NCBI GenBank assembly: GCA_001304015.1
Contig: LJUY01000010.1
Coordinates: forward strand, 14,840 to 78,839
Direction of reading: 5' to 3'
DNA: 64,000 bases
Source of the DNA: a candidate division Zixibacteria bacterium SM23_81
GTDB taxonomy: Bacteria; SM23-81
Each line of letters opens with the position of its first letter. The first letter of the stretch is position 1. The translations under genes and the position numbers were made by a program. The notes under the pieces are model-generated. The model was not told the origin of the DNA. It worked only from the letters and a program-made list of their open reading frames with translations, and made no database searches. Below are positions 47,587 to 56,633 of the stretch, in pieces.

Positions 47587-48549
47587 ATGTTTTTTACCGT
47601 TTCTCGCCACACTTGTTCCGTTTGCACGGCTGCTTTAACGGGGATAGTGCTGCTGTTCTCGTCTACCTGGGCTGCTGACGACATGGTCTCGCCCGACAGC
47701 GGCATGATATTGCGGGGAGGTGAGCAAGGCACCGTGTTTAAGAGCCTGACGGTGGAGGGTGAAGATCAAATTAGGATCGAGTTCAGCCGCCCCTCACTCG
47801 ATCTCGAATTGGATCCCAAGTTGGCTCCAGGTCTCGAGTGGGAGAGCACTCACGAACTTCTCGATCACTATGGGCTCGACCTCGTCTCGCCACTGCTTAA
47901 AAAATCCGCCTACGAACGCTGCCCCTATCTCCCTCGTCCCTGGCTAAACCAGTTCGCCTCCGGCGATATAGTCCACTTTCGCCCCGCTGTGGAAGGCGTC
48001 GACCGTTGGGAATTGACCGTTGCCAATTCTCAGGGGCACAGTGTCGCCATCTTTAAGGGAAAAGGAAAACCTCCCAAAGAAATCGGTTGGGACGGCCGTT
48101 CGCTGGACGGAGCTCTAGTACCACCAGGACTTACCTATTCGTATGTCCTGGAGGCATTTGATCGTGCTGGGAATAAGCGCAACTTCGTGGGTGAGGGTTT
48201 CGAGCTGCCTTCGTACCGGCGAGAGACTCCAGATGGCTTTGCTTTACTGCTCTCGGGCCGCGAACTTTCGAGGTCAGCATCCCTCAGTCATAACGACAGC
48301 GAAGCGCTGCCAGCACCCATCCTCCTGGAGGCCGCAAGCTGGATAAACCTGTTCAGCCGACCGGATCACTTGATCCGCGTGGAGGTGACTGCGCGCACCT
48401 ACGACCAAGCCAACGCCCTGTCTCAAAAGGTTGTGGATACCCTTAAGCCCTTATTATTGGGGGACCCAATCCGCATCCAAGATTACACAAACGTGCAGCC
48501 CGATGCTCCGGACCAGGGAACAGTGTCGATCACCGTTTCTCGCTCATGA
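47587..48549 (+). CDS. Secreted FlgD-Ig-domain protein with degenerate OmpA/Pal-like C-terminus
   Basis: Starts at ATG 47587 (AGAAGGA SD) with a signal peptide. WELTVANSQGHSVAIFKGKGKPPKEIGWDGRSLDGALVPPGLTYSYVL is homologous to the tail of 40581..41849. The C-terminal ~100 aa follow an OmpA-like pattern, but I cannot see the peptidoglycan-binding residues. Confidence 0.6.
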   Translation: MFFTVSRHTCSVCTAALTGIVLLFSSTWAADDMVSPDSGMILRGGEQGTVFKSLTVEGEDQIRIEFSRPSLDLELDPKLAPGLEWESTHELLDHYGLDLVSPLLKKSAYERCPYLPRPWLNQFASGDIVHFRPAVEGVDRWELTVANSQGHSVAIFKGKGKPPKEIGWDGRSLDGALVPPGLTYSYVLEAFDRAGNKRNFVGEGFELPSYRRETPDGFALLLSGRELSRSASLSHNDSEALPAPILLEAASWINLFSRPDHLIRVEVTARTYDQANALSQKVVDTLKPLLLGDPIRIQDYTNVQPDAPDQGTVSITVSRS

Positions 48550-48676
48550 GCGAAGAATGCCCTGTTTTGGATGTCGTATTTTCGAACTCTACCTGGAAGC
48601 ACATAAAGCTCATTCCTCATTGCCGTAGACCATCTGAAATAATCGCTGTCGCCAATAGTGCTTGTCAAAAAGAAAA

Positions 48677-48707
48677 GGCTGTCTTTCCACAGAAAGACGG
48701 CCTTTTC
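48677..48707 (+). terminator. Bidirectional rho-independent terminator ending the plus-strand operon
   Basis: GGCTGTCTTTC-CACA-GAAAGACGGCC forms an 11-bp stem with one wobble pair. It is followed by TTTTC and preceded by an A-run. Confidence 0.6.
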
Positions 48708-49176
48708 GATATCTGGCCCCCCAGGTTGGACCATAGATAGACTTTCGAGGTGGTGTTTGAATACCCAAGCGTTGATAAAAGGCGTAAGGCCCTCAAGTCA
48801 AGCCGTTCAAGCTCTATTGCAATCACAACATCCTGGCCGAGGAGTGGCGAAGGATGATTAACAATGGGATTTCTCTTATCCTGCCTGTCTGGCCCGGAAG
48901 TCAGGCTTTCCCCACTCCCGGGCGATTTAAATCCTGCGGCTTCTCACGTTCAACTAGGATGTTTTAAAACCCTGGCGCATTCGGAAAGCCCTCACTTAGG
49001 ACATTATCAACCAACGGAATTCAGGTCTCTTGTCAACCCCCAGCGAAAAAACAGAATTTGCATGAATTTATAGAAAGGGAAAACGTTATAAAAGCTCCTT
49101 TATACGAAGCTATAACCTAGATTTTCTTGACTCGCCTTTATTCTGGTAAAGATGAGACCATGGAATTCCCTTCATC

Positions 49177-51147
49177 TCATTGCCCCGGTGGGAACGGATT
49201 GATGATTAGGTAATGCACTTGAATATCGCCCGGGGGAGGAAATGGTGGGGTCACACAGGTGACCCGGATGCTGGCAACCCCAGTACCTTTAGCGACCACC
49301 TGAGCGAACATGGGCTCAGTAGCCTCAACGGTTAAAAGGATGATGCTGTCCTGAACGATGAGAGGATTCATGAGTGTCGTTAGAGTCCAATAGTAATATA
49401 TGTGGCAGTGGGGGTCATGCTCGCATCCGCAGGTGCAGGTCACTATGACCCACTCGTTTGTTTGCGATGTCCATGAGGGCGTAAACACTAACGTACCAGC
49501 GGGTCTATTTGGTCCGCTGACCGTGACAGCTCCGTCTCGGATTTCCAGCGCGGCTGCCCGGGGATCTCCGAGCGCGTTGACGCCGTCCCCAATAGCTTGG
49601 ACTCCAGCTTTGGAAGAATCGTCCAAATCCGCCTCCCCAATTACCCCATAGCTGATGTCCGAGTAGCCATAGACGCCGGCGCTATCGAGAAGATCAGGAT
49701 ATTGTAGCTGCCTGCCTACGGTCCCAACGACACCCATTTTGTAGATGCTCTCGCCCCAAACTCCCACATACTCAGCAGCTTGCCCTAAAACACCCACTTG
49801 TTCTTTGATGATGGCGGGCGTGAGCGGAAAGTGGGCCGGTGGCCAACCTCCCTCATAGGTAATGCCACGGACGCCTGCAGTGGTAAAACCAGGTTCATCA
49901 CCCGGTATGCCGACAACACCATGTCCTTTCATGCCACCAATGCCAAGAACGCCTGTCGCGGAATTCTCGTCAGGAGTCCCAACGACGGCGAAGTTATCCG
50001 CATCATCATAGTAAGCCATCTTGGGGCTACCATGAACCCCTCCTTTAATATCGGTGAGGATATTGAAGGTCTGGGCTCTTTGGGTTTTCCCATGCACACC
50101 GTCGTTATGTTGGCTCTCGCCATAGACACCGAAACCGGTGCCAGCCGTCCACGAGTCAATCCCATTAAGGGCATTTGCTGGATTGTATAAACTGACAAAG
50201 ATGCCGTGACCTAATGGTCCCACATTGGCAACACCTATGCCGTTATCACTGGAACTTATGATGTCAACATTAATGTTGCCCCTGGTAACTTCTACTTTCG
50301 ACCCAGAAACAGGTGATGTAAGCCCAATGCCAATATCATCGCCAACATTGGAAGCATACATAAAGCCAGTGCTGGCTCCTGACCAGTCGCCGTCTCCGAC
50401 ACCGCCTGGAGGCTGCCAAGTTCCCACACCAGTTGCGTCTGAAGTTAACACATAACTGGCAGTTGCACCCATGGGCATTTTGAACCCGGTCATCTGGGCT
50501 GTGCCCGCAACCTCGAGCTTCTCAGCCGGACTCAGCGTCCCAATGCCGACGTTGCCTGTTGTGTCGTCGATATATACTCTGGTCATTCCAACCGTCTGCA
50601 GTTGTAATGGACTGTTACTGGAAACGCGGTTGGCAAATAATGTACTATCGATTTTGGCACTCCCGACCACATGCAGCTTCTCCGCTGGACTTGCCGTTCC
50701 GATGCCAACACTGTCCGTTACCGTTGTGAGCCTCACCACCGTCCCATCGTCAGTCCAGCCACCACTGGATTGAGCATCAGCCGCCTTAAATGCATACCCC
50801 ACACTGGCAATCCGCTCTCGGGGCTGCAGCTCCGCATCGGTGCCCACCCGGACCCCCAACCAGAGGGAGGGATCATCGAAGGTCGTGTCCGGGATGCTGT
50901 TCACCTTTCCCAGCAAGACGTTGAATAGACCACTGCTCACCACCACCCCCGACTGAGTTTCTGTCCATACTTGAGTTCCTCCCGTTGAATCACTATAGAT
51001 GGAGAAGGTCATGGAAACGGTCGTGTCCAATGCCACGCCGTTCGTGTCGGTAAGCGTGCCCTGGTAGTTGATCAGACCGGGCACATCGGCCATCGCTGCT
51101 GTCGATAACAGGACTATCGACAGCACCATTAAAGTGGTCGCTCTCAT
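49177..51147 (-). CDS. Secreted tail-fibre-like surface protein, paralog 1
   Basis: 656 aa with AGGAGGTG SD and signal peptide ...STAAMA/DVPG. The N-terminal INYQGTLTD..G.ALDTTV.MTFSIY.DSTGG domain is shared with 51524..53845. It has (V/N)VGIGT.SPAEKL.V.G collar motifs. A Cys/His cluster TCTCGCEHDPHCH lies near the C-terminus. Confidence 0.7.
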   Translation of the reverse strand: MRATTLMVLSIVLLSTAAMADVPGLINYQGTLTDTNGVALDTTVSMTFSIYSDSTGGTQVWTETQSGVVVSSGLFNVLLGKVNSIPDTTFDDPSLWLGVRVGTDAELQPRERIASVGYAFKAADAQSSGGWTDDGTVVRLTTVTDSVGIGTASPAEKLHVVGSAKIDSTLFANRVSSNSPLQLQTVGMTRVYIDDTTGNVGIGTLSPAEKLEVAGTAQMTGFKMPMGATASYVLTSDATGVGTWQPPGGVGDGDWSGASTGFMYASNVGDDIGIGLTSPVSGSKVEVTRGNINVDIISSSDNGIGVANVGPLGHGIFVSLYNPANALNGIDSWTAGTGFGVYGESQHNDGVHGKTQRAQTFNILTDIKGGVHGSPKMAYYDDADNFAVVGTPDENSATGVLGIGGMKGHGVVGIPGDEPGFTTAGVRGITYEGGWPPAHFPLTPAIIKEQVGVLGQAAEYVGVWGESIYKMGVVGTVGRQLQYPDLLDSAGVYGYSDISYGVIGEADLDDSSKAGVQAIGDGVNALGDPRAAALEIRDGAVTVSGPNRPAGTLVFTPSWTSQTNEWVIVTCTCGCEHDPHCHIYYYWTLTTLMNPLIVQDSIILLTVEATEPMFAQVVAKGTGVASIRVTCVTPPFPPPGDIQVHYLIINPFPPGQ

Positions 51148-51252
51148 GGCGCACCTCCTTTAAAGGTGAAAGAGTTAGAAGAGATGGTGGTTAAAAGTAA
51201 TGAGGTTTATTAGGGTTTCTTTGACAAAATTTTATGCACAACTTCCAAAACC

Positions 51253-51281
51253 ATTTTAGCACGGACAGTCGTTTCTGTCAA
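51253..51281 (-). promoter_or_regulatory. sigma70 promoter of fibre paralog 1
   Basis: Minus strand reads TTGACA (51276-51281), a 17-nt spacer, then TAAAAT (51253-51258). It shares cTTGACAGAAA with the paralog 2 promoter. Confidence 0.55.
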
Positions 51282-51333
51282 GAAAAAAGTTGCGAAATTT
51301 GTGCTTGGGGCCAGACCAAAGAAATCACTGAAA

Positions 51334-51471
51334 ACAAAAAAGGCAGAACTCTCATCACAGAAAGTTCTGCTTCGACTAACAAAGAAAAGCTCCGGCGGCA
51401 GGACGATTTTCGAACTCAGTTGGCAGTGCCGTCATAGGAGATGGAAGTCCTATTCCAGGAGGCAGCTAAAC
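51334..51471 (-). repeat. Repeat R1: terminator hairpin + tRNA-Asn 3'-end fragment + ~70 nt shared only with R2
   Basis: aaaaaaGGCAGAACtctcatcacagaaaGTTCTGC...aaagaaaAGCTCCGGCGGCAGGAC. The last 17 nt match the tRNA-Asn 3' end at 16 of 17 positions. It lies just downstream of the stop of 51524..53845. Confidence 0.7.
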
Positions 51472-51523
51472 TCATCAGCAGCAAACAACACGATGTTTAT
51501 TACTTCAGTTCATCAGTGCTTCT

Positions 51524-53845
51524 CTAATCCAGCTGACTCCAAACACCATTCAAGTAGCAATAGATATGACGACTACCCGCAGAGCCTTTGATGCAAAGAT
51601 CCCCATCGCTGGGACTTGATGGGAAGTCGCTGCGCGGCTCCAATCTCATCACATCGCTGATGTGTAGTTTTCTCGCCGGGCTGGTCGTTCCGACGCCGAC
51701 ACGATGATTGGCTCCGCCGACGAATAAAGTCGCTGTATTGGTGTTGAATCCAACCATAAGGGAATACTCGATGTTATTAACCAGAGGATCCAAATAGCTT
51801 ATTCCACTGCCAATAGTGATGGCGAAGGGTGCCTCTGCCGTCACATGATTGCCAATCGCGGTTGAATAATTGGAGCTGGCGTTTGTGAAAAATCCGATTG
51901 CGGTGGAAAGACCCCCGCTGGCATTGGCGCGCGCCCCTATTGCGGTGGAATTGGTCCCGCTGGCTTTTGCATTTTCTCCTAAGGCCAACGAAACATGACC
52001 TATGCTGTCTGGGGCCCAGTAGCTTCCATCAGAGTCTTTGCCAGCTCTGAGGGCCATCTTGTCTTCGGCCCAGTAAAGCCTGCCTCCACCGTCCGCTCCA
52101 TAAAAGTTCACATCGTAGCCTGTGCTGTCTTTGCCCACATTCAATGTTCCTTGAATATCTAACTTTGCCCCAGGACTCGCCGTCCCGATGCCTACCCGCT
52201 GATCGGCTCCACCGACGAACAGAGTGGGCGTTGTGGCGTTGAAACCAACCATAAGGGAATTCGGGATGTTATTGATAAGACGGTCGCTATTACTTATCCC
52301 TCTGCCAAGGATGATGGCGTCGGTTGTGTCTGCAGCTACATACCTGCCAATCGCGGTTGAATAATCTCCGCTGGCGGCCATGAAATGCCCCATTGCGGTT
52401 GAATAATCTCCGCTGGCGGTCGTGAGACGCCCCATTGCGGTTGAATAGTTTCCGAGAGCCGTGCTGCTCCCCATTGCGGTTGAAGAGTGCCCGTTAGCTA
52501 AGCTGCCATACCCCATTGCGGTTGAAGCGTTCCCGACGGCATAAGTGTATACCCCCATTGCGGTTGAATTGTTTCCGGTGGCGCGTGTATCCCACCCCAT
52601 TGCGGTCGAATAGTGCCCACTGGCGGTCGTGAGACCCCCCGTTGCGGTTGAATAGTCCCCGCTGGCTTGTGTATTGTATCCCGTGGCCAACGAATAACTT
52701 CCTATGCTATCAGGCGCCCAGTGGGTTCCATCAGAGTCACGGCCGACTCGAAGGGCCATCTTCGACTCAGCCCAAAAAAGTCTTCCTCCGCCAGAAGCCC
52801 CATAAAAGTTCACGTCATGGCCGCTGTAGTTTTCACCAACGTTCAACGTTCCCTGAACATCGAGTTTTACTGCAGGGCTGGTTGTCCCAATGCCCACCCG
52901 GCCGGTCGAGAAATCACCATAAATGATCACGGCGCTGGGGACATTGTCATTGGCGATGTACAGTTTGTTAGAACCGGTCTCAAAGTATCCAGCCTGATGG
53001 CCCAGAAAGAGGTTGCTATTGCCTTCGACATTGTGATAGCCGGCCTCATAGCCCATATAGACATTGTTATGGCCTGTGGTGTTGGAAAAGCCCGCTCGTT
53101 GTCCTAAAAATAAGTTGGAAGAGCCGGTGGTGTTGGAAAAGCCGGCGGATGGTCCTAAGAATGCATTCTCATCGCCTTGATTATCACGGCCGGCATCCTG
53201 TCCCACAAAGGTTCCATAACTTCCCGTGTTATTCTCTCCCGCACCAGGACCCACAAAGACATTCTCAGTATCCGGAACGGACAGCACAGTGGTTCCGCCG
53301 ATCTTGTATACCGAGTTTATGTTGATATCCCCACTGAGATCAAGCTTGGCCGAGGGCGTGCTCGTCCCGATGCCAACCGAATCGGCCTCGGTCTCTAGCC
53401 GGACCACATTGCCATCATCGACCCATCCACTGCCGCTCCCACCACTCCAGGCATATTCTGCTGTATCGGCCTCAGCGGCCCAAAATGAATATCCCACCGC
53501 GGTTATTCTCTGTCTGGGCTCCAACTCCGGGTCGCCACTCACCTGCACACCTAGCCAGCGAACAGGAGCTCTGAACACCCCGACCGTAAGAGTATTCACG
53601 CTGCCCAAAAGAACATTGAATACACCACTGCTCACTAGCACATCTGGTTGCGTTTCTGACCATTCAGTCAATCCGCCCGTTGAATCGGTGTATATGGAAA
53701 AAGTCATGGCCACCGTAGTGTCCAAAGCCACACCGTACTCATCGGTGAGAGTACCCTGGTAGTTGATCAGGCCGGGCACATCGGCTATTGCTACCGTCGA
53801 TAGCAGAAGCAACGACAGCACCATCATATAAGCGGTCGCCTTCAT
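51524..53845 (-). CDS. Secreted tail-fibre/YadA-head-like surface protein, paralog 2
   Basis: 773 aa with AGGAGGTG SD and signal peptide ...STVAIA/DVPG. It has the same N-terminal domain as paralog 1. Long runs of YadA-head (Hep_Hag-like) repeats are present (GDYSTATGG.TTASGHYSTAMG...). There are four GIGT(S/T/A)(S/T)P.(A/V/R)KL collar motifs. Confidence 0.75.
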   Translation of the reverse strand: MKATAYMMVLSLLLLSTVAIADVPGLINYQGTLTDEYGVALDTTVAMTFSIYTDSTGGLTEWSETQPDVLVSSGVFNVLLGSVNTLTVGVFRAPVRWLGVQVSGDPELEPRQRITAVGYSFWAAEADTAEYAWSGGSGSGWVDDGNVVRLETEADSVGIGTSTPSAKLDLSGDININSVYKIGGTTVLSVPDTENVFVGPGAGENNTGSYGTFVGQDAGRDNQGDENAFLGPSAGFSNTTGSSNLFLGQRAGFSNTTGHNNVYMGYEAGYHNVEGNSNLFLGHQAGYFETGSNKLYIANDNVPSAVIIYGDFSTGRVGIGTTSPAVKLDVQGTLNVGENYSGHDVNFYGASGGGRLFWAESKMALRVGRDSDGTHWAPDSIGSYSLATGYNTQASGDYSTATGGLTTASGHYSTAMGWDTRATGNNSTAMGVYTYAVGNASTAMGYGSLANGHSSTAMGSSTALGNYSTAMGRLTTASGDYSTAMGHFMAASGDYSTAIGRYVAADTTDAIILGRGISNSDRLINNIPNSLMVGFNATTPTLFVGGADQRVGIGTASPGAKLDIQGTLNVGKDSTGYDVNFYGADGGGRLYWAEDKMALRAGKDSDGSYWAPDSIGHVSLALGENAKASGTNSTAIGARANASGGLSTAIGFFTNASSNYSTAIGNHVTAEAPFAITIGSGISYLDPLVNNIEYSLMVGFNTNTATLFVGGANHRVGVGTTSPARKLHISDVMRLEPRSDFPSSPSDGDLCIKGSAGSRHIYCYLNGVWSQLD

Positions 53846-53949
53846 AGCTGCACCTCCTATTGGAAAAAAGGGCTGGGGAATAAAAAGACACTAAAATAAA
53901 TAGTTATAATTTGCTCATTTAGAAAAAAACATTATACACCTTCAAAATT

Positions 53950-53978
53950 ATTTTACCACGATTCTCTATTTCTGTCAA
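53950..53978 (-). promoter_or_regulatory. sigma70 promoter of fibre paralog 2
   Basis: Minus strand reads TTGACA (53973-53978), a 17-nt spacer, then TAAAAT (53950-53955). Confidence 0.55.
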
Positions 53979-54020
53979 GTGCAAAATCATGGTTTACAAA
54001 GAGAGTCCTTCGCAGAGCAA

Positions 54021-54147
54021 AGAAAAAGGCAGAACTCTCATAAAAGAAACTTCTGCCTTGACTTAAAAATAAAGCTCCCCTGGCGGGACGATTTTCGAAC
54101 TCAGATGGCCATGCCGTCAGAGGAATTGGAGGCCTTATTCACGAAGG
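54021..54147 (-). repeat. Repeat R2: terminator hairpin + degenerate tRNA-Asn 3'-end fragment
   Basis: agaaaaaGGCAGAActctcataaaagaaacTTCTGCCttgacttaaaaataaAGCTCCCCTGGCGGGACgattttcgaactcag... It aligns with R1 over ~125 nt and with R3 over ~70 nt. It lies just downstream of the LVIVD gene stop. Confidence 0.7.
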
Positions 54148-54197
54148 TTGAAGACTTATCCTTGTCCCTATAGGATGATCCCTTTAACAGCCAAGCA

Positions 54198-56633
54198 CTA
54201 TTCCATACTCGCCAAACTCTTGTCAAACTCCCCGACTACATTCGAGACAGCCGATTCATTACCGACTCCATCTAGGACCGTGACCACATAGTACAAATTT
54301 GCTGCCGGATCGCCGATGCGGGCGTCGGTATGGGCATAGCTGAGATCAGCCGTCGTGGTCAACAGATTGCCCGGCCCCGGTGTGAAGTTCGGGTCCTCGT
54401 CGCAATATACTCGGTAGCTAATAGGTCCCGGCTCCGAGGAACCATCCACCCCGGTGCTTACCTGGTCCCAGGTCAGCCAGATGGTGCCTACAGATCCCTT
54501 GGCGCTACCGGCGGCCATGACACTCACCTGGGTCTTGGCTGGATTTACATTATCCTTCGAGTAGCCGCTGTCCGGCGGGCTGAAATAAGAGACCGAAGGG
54601 GTATCTGTCTGCGCCTGGATGCAGTACACCGAATAGGTCAGTGTCGAGCAGGAGTCTGCCACCGTGGGGACCAGGCAACTGTACTGATCCTCCCCAAGGG
54701 CGAGCAGGCTGTCCACCACCTCCCAGGTCCCCGGCGGAAGACCATCCGATTTCCCTTCCGAAATCAGAGAATGGCCATCGTTCAGATAAAAACTCCCTGA
54801 ACCTCTGGCTGATGCCGGAATCACAGGGGTCTTCTGCCTCGCACCTGAGGTTTCTCTCTTTCCCTTCTCAACGATCTTCGCCTCCCCAATCATCCTCGCT
54901 TTCTGGAAAAGATCCTCAATCCGCCGGAAGATGTAGTACCCGCTGATGGGATAGGTCGGCTCATCGGCAAAATCGCGCCCGGAGCGAGTGAAATGGACCC
55001 GCGCCCAACCTCCCTGATCATCGGGAACGTCCACGATGGAATCGATGACAGCGAAGTTATACAACCACTCGATCTCCAGGTCGCTGCAGGCCGGGTTGAC
55101 GCCCTGGCCGGCATAGACATGCTCCGATCTCCACACCAGACTGCTGCCCGGGGTGGCGAAGGCACACCACCCCCCTCCAGGCGTCAATCCCTCCCAGCTG
55201 GTGCCGCCATCGGCGCTCAACTCCCAGCCGATGGAATCAAGTTGCGTGGCAGCGAGCCGGGCTCTGGGAATCTCCTCGCCCGATGCGGACACCACCAGTG
55301 ATCGCCCGGTATTTTTCTCCAGACTGAATGCTCGCTGAAAGACCTCCACCACCACCAGACCGGCATCATCACAGGCCACATAGGCATAATCGCCGGCAAT
55401 GGCCACGCCATTGGCCCAGCCGGGCGTGTCATAGTAGCCGGCCCAAACCGGAGCGGCGGGATCGCTGATGTCCACCACCACCAGACCGGCATCACCATCG
55501 ATCACCGGCCCAAACCGGAGTGGTGGGATCACCGATGTCCACCACCACAAGACCGGTACTTCCATCGCCCACATAGGCATGATCGCCGGCAATGGCCACG
55601 CCATTGGCATGGCCGGGGCCGGGCGTGTCATAGCTGCCGGCCAGCGCCGGAGTAGTGGGATCGCTGATGTCCACCACCACCAGACCGGCATAACCATCGG
55701 CCACATAGGCATGATCGCCGGCCAGGGCCACGCCATAGGCAGAGCCGGGCGTGACATAGCTGCCGGCCAGCGCCGGAGTAGTGGGATCGCTGATGTCCAC
55801 CACCACAAGACCGGCATCATCACAGGCCACATAGGCATGATCGCCGGCCAGGGCCACGCCATAGGCATAGCCGAAGGTGTTATACCTGCCGGCCAGCGCC
55901 GGAGTAGTGGGATCGCTGATGTCCACCACCACCAGACCGGTACTTCCATCGCCCACATAGGCATAATCGCCGGCAATGGCCACGCCACGGGCACGGCCGG
56001 GCGTGTCATAGCTGCCGGCCAGCGACGGATTGGCGGGATCGCTGATGTCCACCACCACCAGACCGGCAGCATAACAGGCCAAATAGGCATGATCGCCGGC
56101 TATGGCCAAGGCATGGGCACGGTAGGGCGTGTCATAGCCGCCGGCCCAAACCGGAGCGGTGGGATCGCTGATGTCCACCACCACCAGACCGGAATCATCA
56201 CAGGCCACATAGGCATGATCGCCGGCTATGGCCAAGGCATGGGCACGGTCGGGCGTGTCATAGCCGCCGGCCCAAACCGGAGCGGTGGGATCGCTGATGT
56301 CCACCACCACCAGACCGGCATCATCACAGGCCACATAGGCATAATCGCCGGCAATAGCCACGCCATTGGCCCAGCCGGGCGTGTCATAGTAGCCGGCCCA
56401 AACCGGAGCGGCGGGATCGCTGATGTCCACCACCACCAGACCGGCATCACCATCGATCACTTGATCTCCCCCCCCACCGTATCCCACCAGGCCGTGGTGT
56501 TCAGGGTGTCCTGGTATTGTGTGGTGGAAAAGTCCTCCAGGTGTCGATGGACGACCGCTTCGGCTGCAAGGCAGAGCAGAAACACCAGCAGCACAGAAAG
56601 TAAAAGGCTACCAACAGACAACCGCTTTTTCAT
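54198..56633 (-). pseudogene. LVIVD-repeat beta-propeller surface protein, reading frame broken twice
   Basis: ATG 56633 (AGGAGGG SD) gives signal peptide MKKRLSVGSLLLSVLLVFLLCLAAEA. The frame shifts at a G8 run (C8 on the plus strand, 56468-56475) and again at ~55496-55516. Pieced from three track ORFs, the product is a signal peptide, about nine GLVVVDISDP..P...G.YDTPG.A.GVA.AGD.AYVA blades, and a ~430-aa C-terminal region ending ...YYVVTVLDGVGNESAVSNVVGEFDKSLASME. Confidence 0.7.
55346..56460 (-). repeat. Coding tandem array (~123-129-nt period) bounded by a 160-nt near-identical direct repeat
   Basis: gatgtccaccaccaccagaccgg recurs about every 125 nt. Segments 55346-55505 and 56301-56460 are identical except for one base (aatGgcc versus aatAgcc). 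Confidence 0.8.

Noticed and set aside
48708-49176. Possibility that the orphan region encodes RNase P RNA, SRP RNA, tmRNA or 6S RNA.
   Set aside because: I could not find the diagnostic motifs. There is no GAGGAAAGUCC P4 element, no GGAA-tetraloop SRP domain IV context, and no tRNA-like acceptor/T-arm ending in CCA.
51390-51440. R1 (and the equivalent part of R2, 54075-54130) as functional tRNA or tRNA-like genes.
   Set aside because: Only the last ~17 nt match tRNA-Asn. The preceding TTCGAAA-containing sequence has no complementary T-stem, and there is no matching 5' acceptor strand, D arm or anticodon arm.
55346-56460. Regular ~125-nt periodicity that superficially resembles a CRISPR or satellite array.
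   Set aside because: There are no short conserved repeats alternating with unique spacers. The whole unit is conserved and translates into 40-42-aa beta-propeller blades. No cas genes are in the window.
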